Shown: positions 29,767 through 39,778, counted from the first letter of the stretch. The stretch: 64,000 nt of DNA from Candidatus Krumholzibacteriia bacterium (GCA_963836185.1 CAWIIQ010000001.1:640001-704000), one strand, 5' to 3'. Translations and numbers: made by a program. Notes: a model not told the origin generated them from the letters alone.

Positions 29767-29954
29767 TGCCGTCTGGATATAACGGGAGTTTTTTCCTTCC
29801 TACCACAAAAACCCCATCTCTTCCCCTAGGAGATGAGCCGCTTATCGGGAGAAGGCTTCCACCTGATTCGTCAGGTTCGACCAGCAACGCTCCGGTGAGA
29901 GTCCCTTAGGATCGCTTTACACTTCCATGGAGCTAAGGTCGTTTCCAGGCGGCA
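29767..29954 (+). ncRNA. 6S RNA-like long hairpin with central bubble
   Basis: 188-nt rod: closing stem TGCCGTCTGGA/TCCAGGCGGCA, inner stems CCTAGGAGA/TCCCTTAGG and CTTATCGGGAG/CTCCGGTGAG, apical ACCTGA-TTCG-TCAGGT; G-U pairs favour + strand; folded by eye. Confidence 0.6.
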
Positions 29955-30061
29955 TTTTTTATGCTCCAAACCGTCCTTACAGGTATGTCCGGATGATAAT
30001 CATCCAGTGAAATGCCATTGAAACCGGACGGAAGATGAATATTCACAAAATGTTAGAAAGA

Positions 30062-30863
30062 ATGCGCGGAGCCGGGACGGCCGCCGCCGTCATGGCAGTT
30101 GATCGTACTGTATCCTGTCAGTGGGTCCTGCGAGAAGCCCCCGCACATGGAATATCCCACCAAGCTCTTCAGTCTCGACACCGGATATATCCTCGGGAAC
30201 GGAGCGAACGTCCAGATCGGGCTGGGGGAGACAGGCTTCGGGTTGAGGGACAGGGTCCAGGTTACGACAAACACACTTCTCGATATCACTACGATGGTCA
30301 ATTTTCAGCTCAAGGGCGCTATTCTGCGGGAATCGGAGAGAGCTCCGGCTCTGTCAGTGCTCATCGGCTATTACAACCTCGCCGGCTCTGACATGGCCGT
30401 CGATTATATTGTCGAGCAGGCTCTCGATGAAAACCACATCGACATGTCGTCGGGGCTCGACGTATTCGCGGTGAATGTCTCGCTGACGAAGAAGATCCTG
30501 CCAAAAGCGAGGCTGCACCTTGGTTACCAGTACAAGTTCGTCGACGGGTATTCGGATTCGAACGAGCCGATCACGCTCGATTCCGAAGGTGATTCCGTGG
30601 TCGTCGACGCGGGAGTCGATGGACAGGTGCACTACAGGGCATTTCTCGGAGGCCTCGATCTCGATCCGCTCGATCACGTGAAACTGCTCCTCGAGCTCGG
30701 GTTCGATTTCACCTACAAGGAATTCAGGGGAGGCGCCGGCGTAAGGTTCGGCGTCATGCGCAGTTTTGCCCTGCAGCTCGGAGTGGTATGGCCCGGCCTG
30801 GATCTCGATGAAGGGGTGAAGACCCCGGTCATGCCCCATCTCTCGTTCTTCTGGAGGTTTTAA
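30062..30863 (+). CDS. exported hypothetical protein, possible outer-membrane barrel (frameshift near 30097)
   Basis: Signal-like MRGAGTAAAVMA joins ORF 30099-30863 by a small indel; ends HLSFFWRF. Confidence 0.5.
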
Positions 30864-30866
30864 CGG

Positions 30867-31430
30867 ATGACGCGCGACAGGTTGATCATCATGGCGCCTC
30901 TGGCCGCCGCCGTTCTCCTCGCGGGATGCATGACGCAGCTGAAGCTGAGCAACCGTCCCGACCCTGAGAACTTCCAGCCTATCCTTTTCGCCGGGACGAC
31001 GGGAGAGTACTACGGAACGCTTTCCTTCGATTCCCCGGACGAGATGCAGGACGAGGAATACGAGATCGTCAAGATCGATATCTACGCGACGGTTTTCGCC
31101 GATACGCTCTATTTCACTTCTGCGTTCGACCTGGAGGTCGACCTTTATCTCGGTCTCGATGACAGCCCCGCGACACTCGACGACCCTGATGTCAGCGAGT
31201 ATATAACCACGGTCCGTATCGAGGCGCAGGGTGAGCGCTATTACATCGAGGCCCACGATCCGAAACTGATCCACCAGGCAGTCAGGCAGGATGAGTTCTA
31301 TCTCAAGGGCGTGGTCCGGCTCAGCAGCACGGAGGTCGTAGCCGGGCGCGTCAGGATCGACGACGTATATTTCGAAGCCTGGCTCGAGCGCGACACCTCC
31401 GGACTGATCCCATTTCTCTATCTTTTCTGA
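30867..31430 (+). CDS. hypothetical lipoprotein
   Basis: Lipobox LLAGC; acidic beta-rich sequence; 3 nt after upstream stop. Confidence 0.65.
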   Translation: MTRDRLIIMAPLAAAVLLAGCMTQLKLSNRPDPENFQPILFAGTTGEYYGTLSFDSPDEMQDEEYEIVKIDIYATVFADTLYFTSAFDLEVDLYLGLDDSPATLDDPDVSEYITTVRIEAQGERYYIEAHDPKLIHQAVRQDEFYLKGVVRLSSTEVVAGRVRIDDVYFEAWLERDTSGLIPFLYLF

Positions 31431-31521
31431 TCCCTGCTCTCTCTTGCCACATCCGATACTGTTGTACTAATATTTTGTACAGTTGTCAGTCTGCCGGCAT
31501 TTCTGTCACATGGAGGGGTTC

Positions 31522-31827
31522 ATGAGCTGGACTGAGAGAAGGACACGGGTCTACAGGGAGATCGCCGAAGCGTTTGCATCGAAGACAGGTATCAGCAGCA
31601 GAGATTTCCTCGGAATATATATAGAAGCGGAAAAGCCGCCCCCGATAAGCGATTTCGAGGCGCAGTACATCCCCGACAGCGAAACGCTCGAAGATATACT
31701 CGATGCTCTAGGTGATTCGACGGGGGTAGGGGAGAAGGCGGCAGCCCATTACGACAGGCGCGAGAGTTTTTCCCAGTTCGCCGAGCACCTGCTTCGCGCC
31801 GGCGCAGGAGAGGAGGATGAGGCATGA
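31522..31827 (+). CDS. small hypothetical protein
   Basis: GGAGG RBS; ATGA overlap with next gene. Confidence 0.5.
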   Translation: MSWTERRTRVYREIAEAFASKTGISSRDFLGIYIEAEKPPPISDFEAQYIPDSETLEDILDALGDSTGVGEKAAAHYDRRESFSQFAEHLLRAGAGEEDEA

Positions 31828-32985
31828 GGAAAGCCGTCACCTGCTCAGTCGTGATACTTGCCTTAGCTCTTCCATGTAATGTCTCGGCCGTCCCCGATTT
31901 TACTGGCGAGTCCGCCGTCTTCTTCGACAGGGGGCATTACTGGATCGAGCTGGGCCTGTCGTCGACGGCGGGCACCTTCGATTCAGGGGAGCCCGGCAAA
32001 CGCGATTTCGTCATAACGGATACCGCGACGGGGGAATCGTTCAACCCTTCGAGGGTCGAGATCGTCTCAGGAGGCGATGGCGGCAGGTTTGTGGTCCTCT
32101 CTTCGGGAAAGACTCAAGGGAAAAAGATGCTACACGGTCCTGTACGGCAGCGGCGCTTCGGCTCTGGAATTCGGGCCGGTATGCGACCCGGCGGGTAAGG
32201 AGCCGTCGGCTGTCGATGGAGGAGCGGCCGGCTTCTTCCGCGACTGTATCGCCCCGGCATTCTCCGCGTACGGCGACGAGTACAGGTTTAACAGGCTGTC
32301 TGTCGGATACGATTTTAAATCCTCGAAGGGTTCGACCGACATCGGCATCGAGCCGGTCTTCGGGCGGGGGTGGTTCTCCGTCATTCCCTTCTTTGAACAC
32401 GACGGCACTACGTACATGAGCGGAAGTGTCGAGAGGGTCGTCTCGAGGATGAGGACGGGGCTTGACGTGGCGGTGAGGGGATGGGCCGGGCCTCTGCGCC
32501 TGAGTTTTGAGGCGGGGTACACGTATGACCGCGAATCGTCGTACTACGGTTCGATACGCACAGCCGGTTCGGCGAGGGGTGTCGGGTTCGTCAGGCTCGA
32601 CAACCTCTTCGATCCACTCAACAGGCACGCCGTGAGTGTCTTCAAGGGGATCGACCTGGGGGCGGGATACGCGTGGTACGACTCTACCGAGGCCGGTGGC
32701 GGGCTGTCGGACGGGGGTCCACTGCTGGCTGCGAGGATCACATGGACCCTGGCTGCAAGCCTGCAGCTCTCGTACGGGGTGGAGACGTGCTATCCCGGTG
32801 ATGAATGGTTTTTCTGGAACCGCGCCAGGGTAAGGCTCCTTCTCAGGGAAGCTCTGGCGAAGCCGCAGGGCCGTTCATACCATCCCGATCTCGAGCTGGC
32901 TGTCGACTGGGGCCGCAGGCTTCCCTTCTTCGACAGGGAGGAGAGGATACTGCTCGGGTTCACATTCGACCTGTACCCGTGGTGA
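31824..32985 (+). CDS. exported hypothetical protein split by frameshift near 32107
   Basis: Signal peptide MRKAVTCSVVILALALPCNVSA; ORFs 31824-32198 and 32077-32985 join at an A-run; ends LLGFTFDLYPW. Confidence 0.55.
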
Positions 32986-33396
32986 TCACTCCCCGGTTAT
33001 CCTGACTACGCAGTGTCTCGAGCGCGGTCCGTCGAACTCGCAGAAGAAGACTGCCTGCCATGTTCCGAGAAGAGGCTTGCCCCCGGTGATCATCACGAAC
33101 TCGCTCGCCCCGACGAGAGACGACTTGACGTGCGAGTCCGAGTTGCCCTCCGCGTGCCTGTATTCCCAGCCGGCAGGTATGATCTTCTCGAGGGTGTTCG
33201 ATATATCCGTCGCGACGGCCGGATCGGCCTTCTCGTTGATCGTCACCGCCGCGGTCGTGTGAGGGACGAAGATGTGGCAGATCCCCTCGCTGACGCCGCT
33301 TTCGTCTATCAGCTCCCTGATCGTCGCCGTGATATCCACCAGTTCGTTGCGTTTGCGGGTCCTTACAGGTATTTCTCTCGTCAAATCAGCCTCCAT
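32986..33396 (-). CDS. yjbQ: YjbQ / UPF0047 protein
   Basis: HTTAAVTINE, H.EGNSDSHVKS, LGTWQ.VFFCEFDGPR. Confidence 0.93.
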   Translation of the reverse strand: MEADLTREIPVRTRKRNELVDITATIRELIDESGVSEGICHIFVPHTTAAVTINEKADPAVATDISNTLEKIIPAGWEYRHAEGNSDSHVKSSLVGASEFVMITGGKPLLGTWQAVFFCEFDGPRSRHCVVRITGE

Positions 33397-33445
33397 GAAT
33401 AGTGCCCGGGAACATGATACTCCACGGGGGGTATCAATGGAAGTC

Positions 33446-33474
33446 TTGACCGCTATGGCGGCCTTGCTTATAAT
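33446..33474 (+). promoter_or_regulatory. sigma70 promoter of pepD
   Basis: TTGACC-N17-TATAAT, followed by a strong 5' UTR hairpin (33481-33505). Confidence 0.7.
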
Positions 33475-33568
33475 CCATTGCCCGGCCCGCCTTCGGGTGG
33501 CCGGGACTCAATTCAACAAATCAACCGTTACTATTCACTGAACGGACAGTAAGAGGAGGTCGAGGAGA

Positions 33569-35023
33569 ATGGCAGTAGGCGATATGGAACCGAAGAATCT
33601 CTGGAAGCATTTCGAGAAGTTCCTTCAGATACCGCACACATCGGGCAACGAGGCCGCGATGGGCGAGTACGTTCTGGCGTGGGCGAAAGAGAAGGGCTTC
33701 GAGGCGGAGCAGGACGCAAGGGGCAATGTCGTAGTCCGCGTCCCCGCTACGGCCGGCAAGGAGAGCGCTCCCGTGATCGTACTCCAGGGCCACATGGACA
33801 TGGTCGGCGAGAAGAACTCCGATCTCGATTTTGATTTCATGAAGGATGCGATCCAGACCGAGATGGACGGCGACTGGCTCACCGCCAAGGGCACGACCCT
33901 CGGCGCCGACAACGGTGTCGGGCTCGCGGCCGGCATGGCGGCGGCAGAGGCCGATGACATCGTCCACGGACCGCTCGAGATCCTCGCGACCGTAGACGAG
34001 GAAGTAGGCCTGACAGGCGCGGCCGAGATCCAGCCCGGATTTCTCAAGGGCGAGATAATGCTGAACCTCGACAGCGAAGAGCTCGGCGAGGTCACGATCG
34101 GCTGCGCGGGCGGCGGCGACTCGAATCTGACCCTTCCCGTAACGCGCAGTGACGCACCCGCCGGCACCAAGCCCTACACCCTCAAGGTGTTCGGCCTTCG
34201 CGGCGGTCATTCGGGGATCGACATCCACGAGCAGCGCGGCAACGCGATCAAGGTCATCACCCGCATCATCGCGACGATCACGGCGAGCCAGCCGGCGCAC
34301 CTGATCGATATCAAGGGCGGCAACAAGCGCAACGCGATCCCCCGCGAGGCGTTCGCCGAGCTGATGATCCTCGAGACGGCAGTCGGCGATGTAGAGGAAC
34401 TCGTCGCAGACTGGATCGCGAAGATCGCGATCGAGCTCGGCGGCAAGGAGAAGGGCATCGGCGCGTCACTGACCCCGTCGGAGAACGGCGGCGGAAAGGT
34501 CCTCGACGCCAAGAGTCAGGCGACACTGCTCGACCTGCTCATCGCACTGCCTCACGGCGTAGAAGCGATGAACTACGATATCGACGGGCTCGTGGAGACC
34601 TCGAACAACCTCGCCACGATCGCTATGACCGACAGCGAGGCGAAGATCGGCACCTCGACGAGAAGCTCGATCAAGACCGCTCTGCAGGCCCTGCGCGACA
34701 GGATCTCTGCTGACGCGAGACTCGCCGGAGCGGCTGTCGTCGAGAATGATCCGTACCCGGGTTGGATGCCCAATGTCTCTTCGGACCTCCTGAAGGTCTT
34801 CAAGGGCGTTCACAAGGAAGTGTTCGGCGAGGAGCCGAAGACGATCGCCATCCACGCCGGCCTTGAGTGCGGCATCATCGGCGAGAAGTTCCCCGGGATG
34901 GACATGATCTCGTTCGGTCCCGACATCGAGCACCCCCATTCGCCGGACGAGAGGGTCAATGTACCTTCCGTGGCGAAGTTCTGGGACCTGCTCGCGGCCC
35001 TTCTGACGAAGCTGGCCGGCTGA
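33569..35023 (+). CDS. pepD: aminoacyl-histidine dipeptidase (M20C)
   Basis: LQGHMDMV, TTLGADNG, DEEVGL, NLDSEE, GGHSG, IHAGLECG, SFGP...HSPDE. Confidence 0.95.
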   Translation: MAVGDMEPKNLWKHFEKFLQIPHTSGNEAAMGEYVLAWAKEKGFEAEQDARGNVVVRVPATAGKESAPVIVLQGHMDMVGEKNSDLDFDFMKDAIQTEMDGDWLTAKGTTLGADNGVGLAAGMAAAEADDIVHGPLEILATVDEEVGLTGAAEIQPGFLKGEIMLNLDSEELGEVTIGCAGGGDSNLTLPVTRSDAPAGTKPYTLKVFGLRGGHSGIDIHEQRGNAIKVITRIIATITASQPAHLIDIKGGNKRNAIPREAFAELMILETAVGDVEELVADWIAKIAIELGGKEKGIGASLTPSENGGGKVLDAKSQATLLDLLIALPHGVEAMNYDIDGLVETSNNLATIAMTDSEAKIGTSTRSSIKTALQALRDRISADARLAGAAVVENDPYPGWMPNVSSDLLKVFKGVHKEVFGEEPKTIAIHAGLECGIIGEKFPGMDMISFGPDIEHPHSPDERVNVPSVAKFWDLLAALLTKLAG

Positions 35024-35045
35024 GGACCGTCCTGACGAATGGATC

Positions 35046-35077
35046 AGAGGGAGGGAGCCCGGCGGCTCCCTCCCTCT
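35046..35077 (+). terminator. hairpin terminator after pepD
   Basis: 14-bp perfect stem AGAGGGAGGGAGCC/GGCTCCCTCCCTCT. Confidence 0.7.
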
Positions 35078-35113
35078 TCATATGACCGATAAGCCGCAAC
35101 CTCCCCAAACGGC

Positions 35114-35141
35114 TTGACTTTCGGCTCGAAATCTATATTAT
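35114..35141 (+). promoter_or_regulatory. sigma70 promoter of tRNA-Trp/trpS unit
   Basis: TTGACT-N16-TATTAT. Confidence 0.55.
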
Positions 35142-35163
35142 TTCCTCTACGGAAAACTTATGT

Positions 35164-35237
35164 AGGGGTGTAGCTCAACTGGCTAGAGCACCGGTCTCCA
35201 AAACCGGGGGTTGCGGGTTCGAGTCCTGCCTCCCCTA
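35164..35237 (+). tRNA. tRNA-Trp(CCA), 3' CCA not encoded
   Basis: Cloverleaf: D stem GCTC/GAGC, anticodon CCGGT-CTCCAAA-ACCGG, T arm GCGGG-TTCGAGT-CCTGC; U6-U67 mismatch; A73. Confidence 0.9.
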
Positions 35238-35307
35238 CTTTTTTTTATTTCAAACATCTACAAAGACTGCGATAATGCGAATCCGGTTTGCCGGAAGGAG
35301 AACATCG

Positions 35308-36333
35308 ATGGCAAGAAAAAGGGTGACCAGCGGTATGAGGCCGACGGGGAGCATCCATCTGGGCAACCTGCTCGGGGCTCTCAACAACTGGGTCAGGCTT
35401 CAGGATGAATACGACTGCTTCTACTTCATCGTGGACTGGCACGCCCTTACAACACCCGGCGGCGGAGTGGCTGTCGGATATGAGAATGTCGGCGACCTTA
35501 CAGCCAACGTTCACGGGATGGCCGTCGACTGGCTCTCCGCCGGGCTCGATCCCGAGAAGTGCTCGATCTTCGTTCAATCGCATGTCCCCGAGGTGGCCGA
35601 GCTTCACCTCCTCTTCTCGATGATCACTCCGCTCGGATGGCTCGAGCGCAACCCTACATACAAGGATATGGTCCAGGGGTACAAGATCGAGAATCCGAGC
35701 CTCGGGCTCCTCGGCTACCCAACCCTGCAGTCGGCCGACATCCTCGCCTACAAGGGCGATTTCGTCCCGGTCGGCAAGGATCAGGAGGCTCACGTCAACA
35801 TGACGAGGGACCTCGGGCAGAGGTTCAACTCGCTGTACGGACGCGAAGTCTTTCCGATCACCAAGGCGCTCCTGACCGAAGTACCCAAGGTGCCCGGTCT
35901 TGACGGCGTCGATAAAAAAATGAGCAAGAGTTCGGGGAACTATATCGCGACCAATCTCAGCGCGGAAGACACTGTGAAGAAGATCCGGACGATGTTTACC
36001 GATCCGGTAAAGATACGCAGGGACGACCCCGGCCATCCGGACGGATGCGTCGTCTACGCCTTCCACGGCATATACAACAAGCCTGAACTGGAGACGATCA
36101 AGTCGGAGTGCGAGTCGGGCGCACGTGGATGCGTCGACTGCAAGATGCAGCTCGCCGGGAAGATGAATGCAGCCCTCGAGCCTATTCGCGAGAGGCGTGC
36201 CGGGCTGGAGGCCGATCCGAACCTGGTCAGGGAGATCCTCGGCGCGGGTGCCGACAAGGCTGCCGCTATAGCGAAAGAAACGATGATAGAAGTCAGGGAA
36301 GTGATGAACATTCCGACGAGGGAGAACGTCTGA
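35308..36333 (+). CDS. trpS: tryptophanyl-tRNA synthetase with four-Cys motif
   Basis: SGMRPTG.IHLGN, YPTLQSADIL, VPVGKDQ, KMSKS; C-x20-C-x6-C-x2-C. Confidence 0.95.
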   Translation: MARKRVTSGMRPTGSIHLGNLLGALNNWVRLQDEYDCFYFIVDWHALTTPGGGVAVGYENVGDLTANVHGMAVDWLSAGLDPEKCSIFVQSHVPEVAELHLLFSMITPLGWLERNPTYKDMVQGYKIENPSLGLLGYPTLQSADILAYKGDFVPVGKDQEAHVNMTRDLGQRFNSLYGREVFPITKALLTEVPKVPGLDGVDKKMSKSSGNYIATNLSAEDTVKKIRTMFTDPVKIRRDDPGHPDGCVVYAFHGIYNKPELETIKSECESGARGCVDCKMQLAGKMNAALEPIRERRAGLEADPNLVREILGAGADKAAAIAKETMIEVREVMNIPTRENV

Positions 36334-37967
36334 TGTCAGATTCAACAGCCTTCTTTATCAAGAAGTTCCGTGAGAACCTCGATACTCCTGAAGAGCCGGG
36401 TCAGTGGTACAGACCGAGGCCGTACCGGAACGCGGTGGTGAGGTTCCGCGACTGCTCGATCGATGATTTCGAACAGCGGCGTGACATCCTGATAAACGAG
36501 GCCGGACTGAACGCCTTTCTATTCAGGGCTGACAGGATCCCCGGGTGCGATCTTCTCTCCGATTCGGGGACGACGACGATGACGATGGACCAGTGGGCCG
36601 CCATGATGCTCGGCGACGAGTCTTACGGCTCGAACGAGGGTTACTTCGAGCTCAAGGCGCAGTTCTCCGAGACATTCGGATCCGGCTGGTGCGAAAAGGA
36701 TAACTCTTCAGGGGGCTCTTCCGAGAGCCTCTTTTTGTTTCACCAGGGGAGGGCGGCCGAGAACGCGTTCTTCTCGATTCTCGGCAGACAGCTGGCCGCG
36801 TCCGGAAAGGGAAGCAGTGCTCCTCCCTCTGACGGGCTGATGCCGGAACTCAAAAGCCGCATCGAGTCGAAACTCGGCATCAACGGCCATGGTCACGGCG
36901 AGAACCTCTGGATCATTCCGAGCAATTCCCATTTCGATACTACTCAGGGGAACGTAGAGGACAAGGGCATGATACCGCTCAACCTGCCCTGCCGCGAGCA
37001 TCTCGATGGCGACGAGATATTCCCCTTCCGGGGCAACATGGACGTCGAAGAGCTCGATAATCTCCTCGAGCACGAGAAGGACCGCGTGCCGCTCGTCTAC
37101 CTGACGATCACGAACAACACCGGGGGCGGACAGCCCGTCTCGATAGACAATATCCGCAAGATCCGCAATGTCACGCGCAAGCACGGCGTCCCCTTCTTCT
37201 TCGATGCGTGCAGGTTCGCCGAGAACGCATGGTTTATAAAGAAGCGCGAGGACGAGTTCTGGGACAGCTCTATCAGTAAGATCGTCCACGAGATGTTCCG
37301 CTACGCCGACGGTTTTCATATCAGCCTCAAGAAGGACGGCCTCGTCAACATGGGCGGGGCGCTGGTGATCCGCAAGGACGGCGATTTTTCGAAGAAGTTC
37401 CCCCGCTTCAAGGAAGGGATCACTGACCACCAGATCATGGCCGAGGGCCATCCGACCTACGGCGGGCTGCCGGGCAGGGACCTCAAGGCCATATCGGAGG
37501 GCCTCAGGACAGTGGTCCACGATGAGTATCTCGATGCGAGGATCGGGCAGGTAGTGAGGTTCGGCAAGCACCTCTTCGAGGCCGGGATACCTGTGATCAG
37601 GCCGATCGGCGGGCATGCCGTCTATATCGATCTCGACAAATTCTTCGAAGGCACCGCCGCCGACGATGAGTTCAAGGGTATATCCCTGACCGCGCTCCTC
37701 CTGATAGCGGGCCACCGCGTCTGCGAGCTCGGCCTCTACGCGTTCGGCAGCTATGACGGCGAGAAGGAGACACCACCTGAGCCGAGGGTCAATTATGTGC
37801 GGGCCGCCGTGCCGAGGCTGGCATACGAGGATCAGGACCTCTTTTCCGTGGTCGAGGCACTCAGGGTACTCGCCGATAACCGCGACAGGATACCTGCCGT
37901 AAATGTAGAGTACGGAAGGGATCTGAGCCTCAGGCACTTCAAGAGCCGCTTCTCGTTCAGGGGCTGA
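36333..37967 (+). CDS. tnaA: tryptophanase-like PLP beta-eliminating lyase
   Basis: LLSDSGT, GDESY, HQGRAAE, HFDTT, GGQPVS, DACRFAENA, SLKKD (PLP Lys), TYGGL, LRHF; TGATG overlap with trpS. Confidence 0.85.
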   Translation: MSDSTAFFIKKFRENLDTPEEPGQWYRPRPYRNAVVRFRDCSIDDFEQRRDILINEAGLNAFLFRADRIPGCDLLSDSGTTTMTMDQWAAMMLGDESYGSNEGYFELKAQFSETFGSGWCEKDNSSGGSSESLFLFHQGRAAENAFFSILGRQLAASGKGSSAPPSDGLMPELKSRIESKLGINGHGHGENLWIIPSNSHFDTTQGNVEDKGMIPLNLPCREHLDGDEIFPFRGNMDVEELDNLLEHEKDRVPLVYLTITNNTGGGQPVSIDNIRKIRNVTRKHGVPFFFDACRFAENAWFIKKREDEFWDSSISKIVHEMFRYADGFHISLKKDGLVNMGGALVIRKDGDFSKKFPRFKEGITDHQIMAEGHPTYGGLPGRDLKAISEGLRTVVHDEYLDARIGQVVRFGKHLFEAGIPVIRPIGGHAVYIDLDKFFEGTAADDEFKGISLTALLLIAGHRVCELGLYAFGSYDGEKETPPEPRVNYVRAAVPRLAYEDQDLFSVVEALRVLADNRDRIPAVNVEYGRDLSLRHFKSRFSFRG

Positions 37968-38074
37968 CAGGGACGGATCCGCCACTTTTAGAGTATTATC
38001 CGTAAAATGGAATATTTCATGCTTGTGATGACCTGTTCAGTGTCATAACTGGGATATTTCGAAGCGGATAATAG

Positions 38075-39775
38075 ATGGAACGCGAACATTTCTTTGACAC
38101 CGTATACTCACCGGCCAGAGACAAGGATGAGCTGATAAGGGAGCTCTCCGCCGTCATGGAGATGGCAGAGGCCATGAACTCGAGGCTCGACCTTGACCAC
38201 ATCCTCTCCAAGATGTCGGGTGAGCTGGCCCGCATCATCGATTACGACCTGGGCTGTCTCGCCATCTACGAGAAGGACGACAACTGCCTCTACATAAGAC
38301 ATGTCTACCGGCCGAACGGCGATACCTCGTTCGAGGGTCGATTCGTTCCGCTCGAGGAATCGAACATCGTGGGCTGGGTGGCGATAAACAGGAAGCCGGT
38401 CCTGAGGCGCGATATATCAGTCGATAACAGGTTCTCCGAGATCATGAAGGAAGATAATCTCGGCTCGGACATAGTCGTTCCGCTCATAGCGAAAGACCTG
38501 CTGATCGGTACGCTCAACCTCGGAAGCTACGACAAGAACCGTTTCAGCGAGTTCGATCTGGAACTAGTGACCAAGTTCAGCCAGCTGACATCGATCGCCA
38601 TAGAGAACTCACAGCTGATAGAGAGCCACAGGGCGCTGGGGGAGAAGTACCGGACCCTGATGAGCCATGCAAGCGATGTGATCATGCTGATAAACTATTC
38701 AGGTGAAGTAGTGGAGTGCAACGACGTCGTCTACAGGCGTTTTGGTTATTCGCCCGAAGAGATGATCGGCAAGAATTACTGGCTCTTTACGACTCCAGAC
38801 AGGAGGGATCTCTCCCGGACCAATCTTGCGAAAGTACTGAAGGGAGAATCGGCCAACCTTATCGAGGTCCCCTATCTCAAGAAGAACGGTGAGATCGTCT
38901 ACATGGATGTTGCCGCGACGCTCGTCAAGATCAAGGGGCATCCGTACATCCTTGGAGTCGGACATGATGTAACAGACAGGAAGATACTTGAAGAGCGTAT
39001 CACCGTTCAGAACAGGGAACTGACAGAGGTCAACAGGAAGCTGATGCAGCTCGACAGGCTGAAGAGCGAGTTTCTAGGGCGCATAAGCCATGAGCTCAGG
39101 ACGCCTCTGTCGATAATCATGGCATACTCCGACACTCTGATAGAAGATTCCGGATTCGAGATAGAACGTACCATGAGACGGGAGTTCCTCGAGATCATCG
39201 ATGCCCAGTCGAAGAAACTTCTCACGGCTATCAACGATCTGCTCGACCTCTCCAAGGTCGAGGTATCCGATACGATGCTCAACGTCACCGAGGCGAGTAT
39301 AAACGAGATGATCAGTCTGTCTGTAAAGATGGCCGAGCCCGCGGCCCGCAAGAGCGGCATCACTATCGTGACCGAGCTCGATGATTCGATCCCGATCGCG
39401 GCCTTCGATCCCCAGAGGATAAGGCAGGTCTGCGTTAACCTTCTTGGCAACGCCGTCAAGTTTTCCGATCCCGGCGGGAAGGTGACCGTTTCCTCGGTAT
39501 GCGGTAATGGAGAGATAATAGTCTCTGTACGGGATGAAGGTCCCGGCCTGGATCCGGAGGAAACGCGGGAGATATTCGAAAATTTCACCCAGGTAGACGG
39601 GGGAACAGACAGGAGCAGGAATGGTCTCGGTATCGGCCTGCGCCTCGTTAATCACTATATCACGTTGCACAGGGGAAGGATCTGGGTGGAAAGCAAGAAG
39701 GGTGAAGGGTCAGTGTTCAGATTCGCTCTGCCGATGTCGAACTGCCTGTCGGACAAAGTAAAGATCTCACAGTAA
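38075..39775 (+). CDS. orphan GAF-PAS histidine kinase (HisKA)
   Basis: ISHELRTPL, NLLGNAVKF, DEGPG, GLGIGL; no TM segments. Confidence 0.93.
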   Translation: MEREHFFDTVYSPARDKDELIRELSAVMEMAEAMNSRLDLDHILSKMSGELARIIDYDLGCLAIYEKDDNCLYIRHVYRPNGDTSFEGRFVPLEESNIVGWVAINRKPVLRRDISVDNRFSEIMKEDNLGSDIVVPLIAKDLLIGTLNLGSYDKNRFSEFDLELVTKFSQLTSIAIENSQLIESHRALGEKYRTLMSHASDVIMLINYSGEVVECNDVVYRRFGYSPEEMIGKNYWLFTTPDRRDLSRTNLAKVLKGESANLIEVPYLKKNGEIVYMDVAATLVKIKGHPYILGVGHDVTDRKILEERITVQNRELTEVNRKLMQLDRLKSEFLGRISHELRTPLSIIMAYSDTLIEDSGFEIERTMRREFLEIIDAQSKKLLTAINDLLDLSKVEVSDTMLNVTEASINEMISLSVKMAEPAARKSGITIVTELDDSIPIAAFDPQRIRQVCVNLLGNAVKFSDPGGKVTVSSVCGNGEIIVSVRDEGPGLDPEETREIFENFTQVDGGTDRSRNGLGIGLRLVNHYITLHRGRIWVESKKGEGSVFRFALPMSNCLSDKVKISQ

Positions 39776-39778
39776 ATA

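Noticed and set aside
29841-29913. SAM-I-like words (CTTATC..GAG, CAGCAAC, GGTG)
   Set aside because: No P1 partner GATAAG or P3 GGTGCT; the bases fit the 6S-like rod better
29628-29960. CsrB/RsmZ-like GGA sponge after a NarL-type regulator
   Set aside because: About 10 GGA in ~330 nt, few ANGGA, and several lie in stems of the long hairpin
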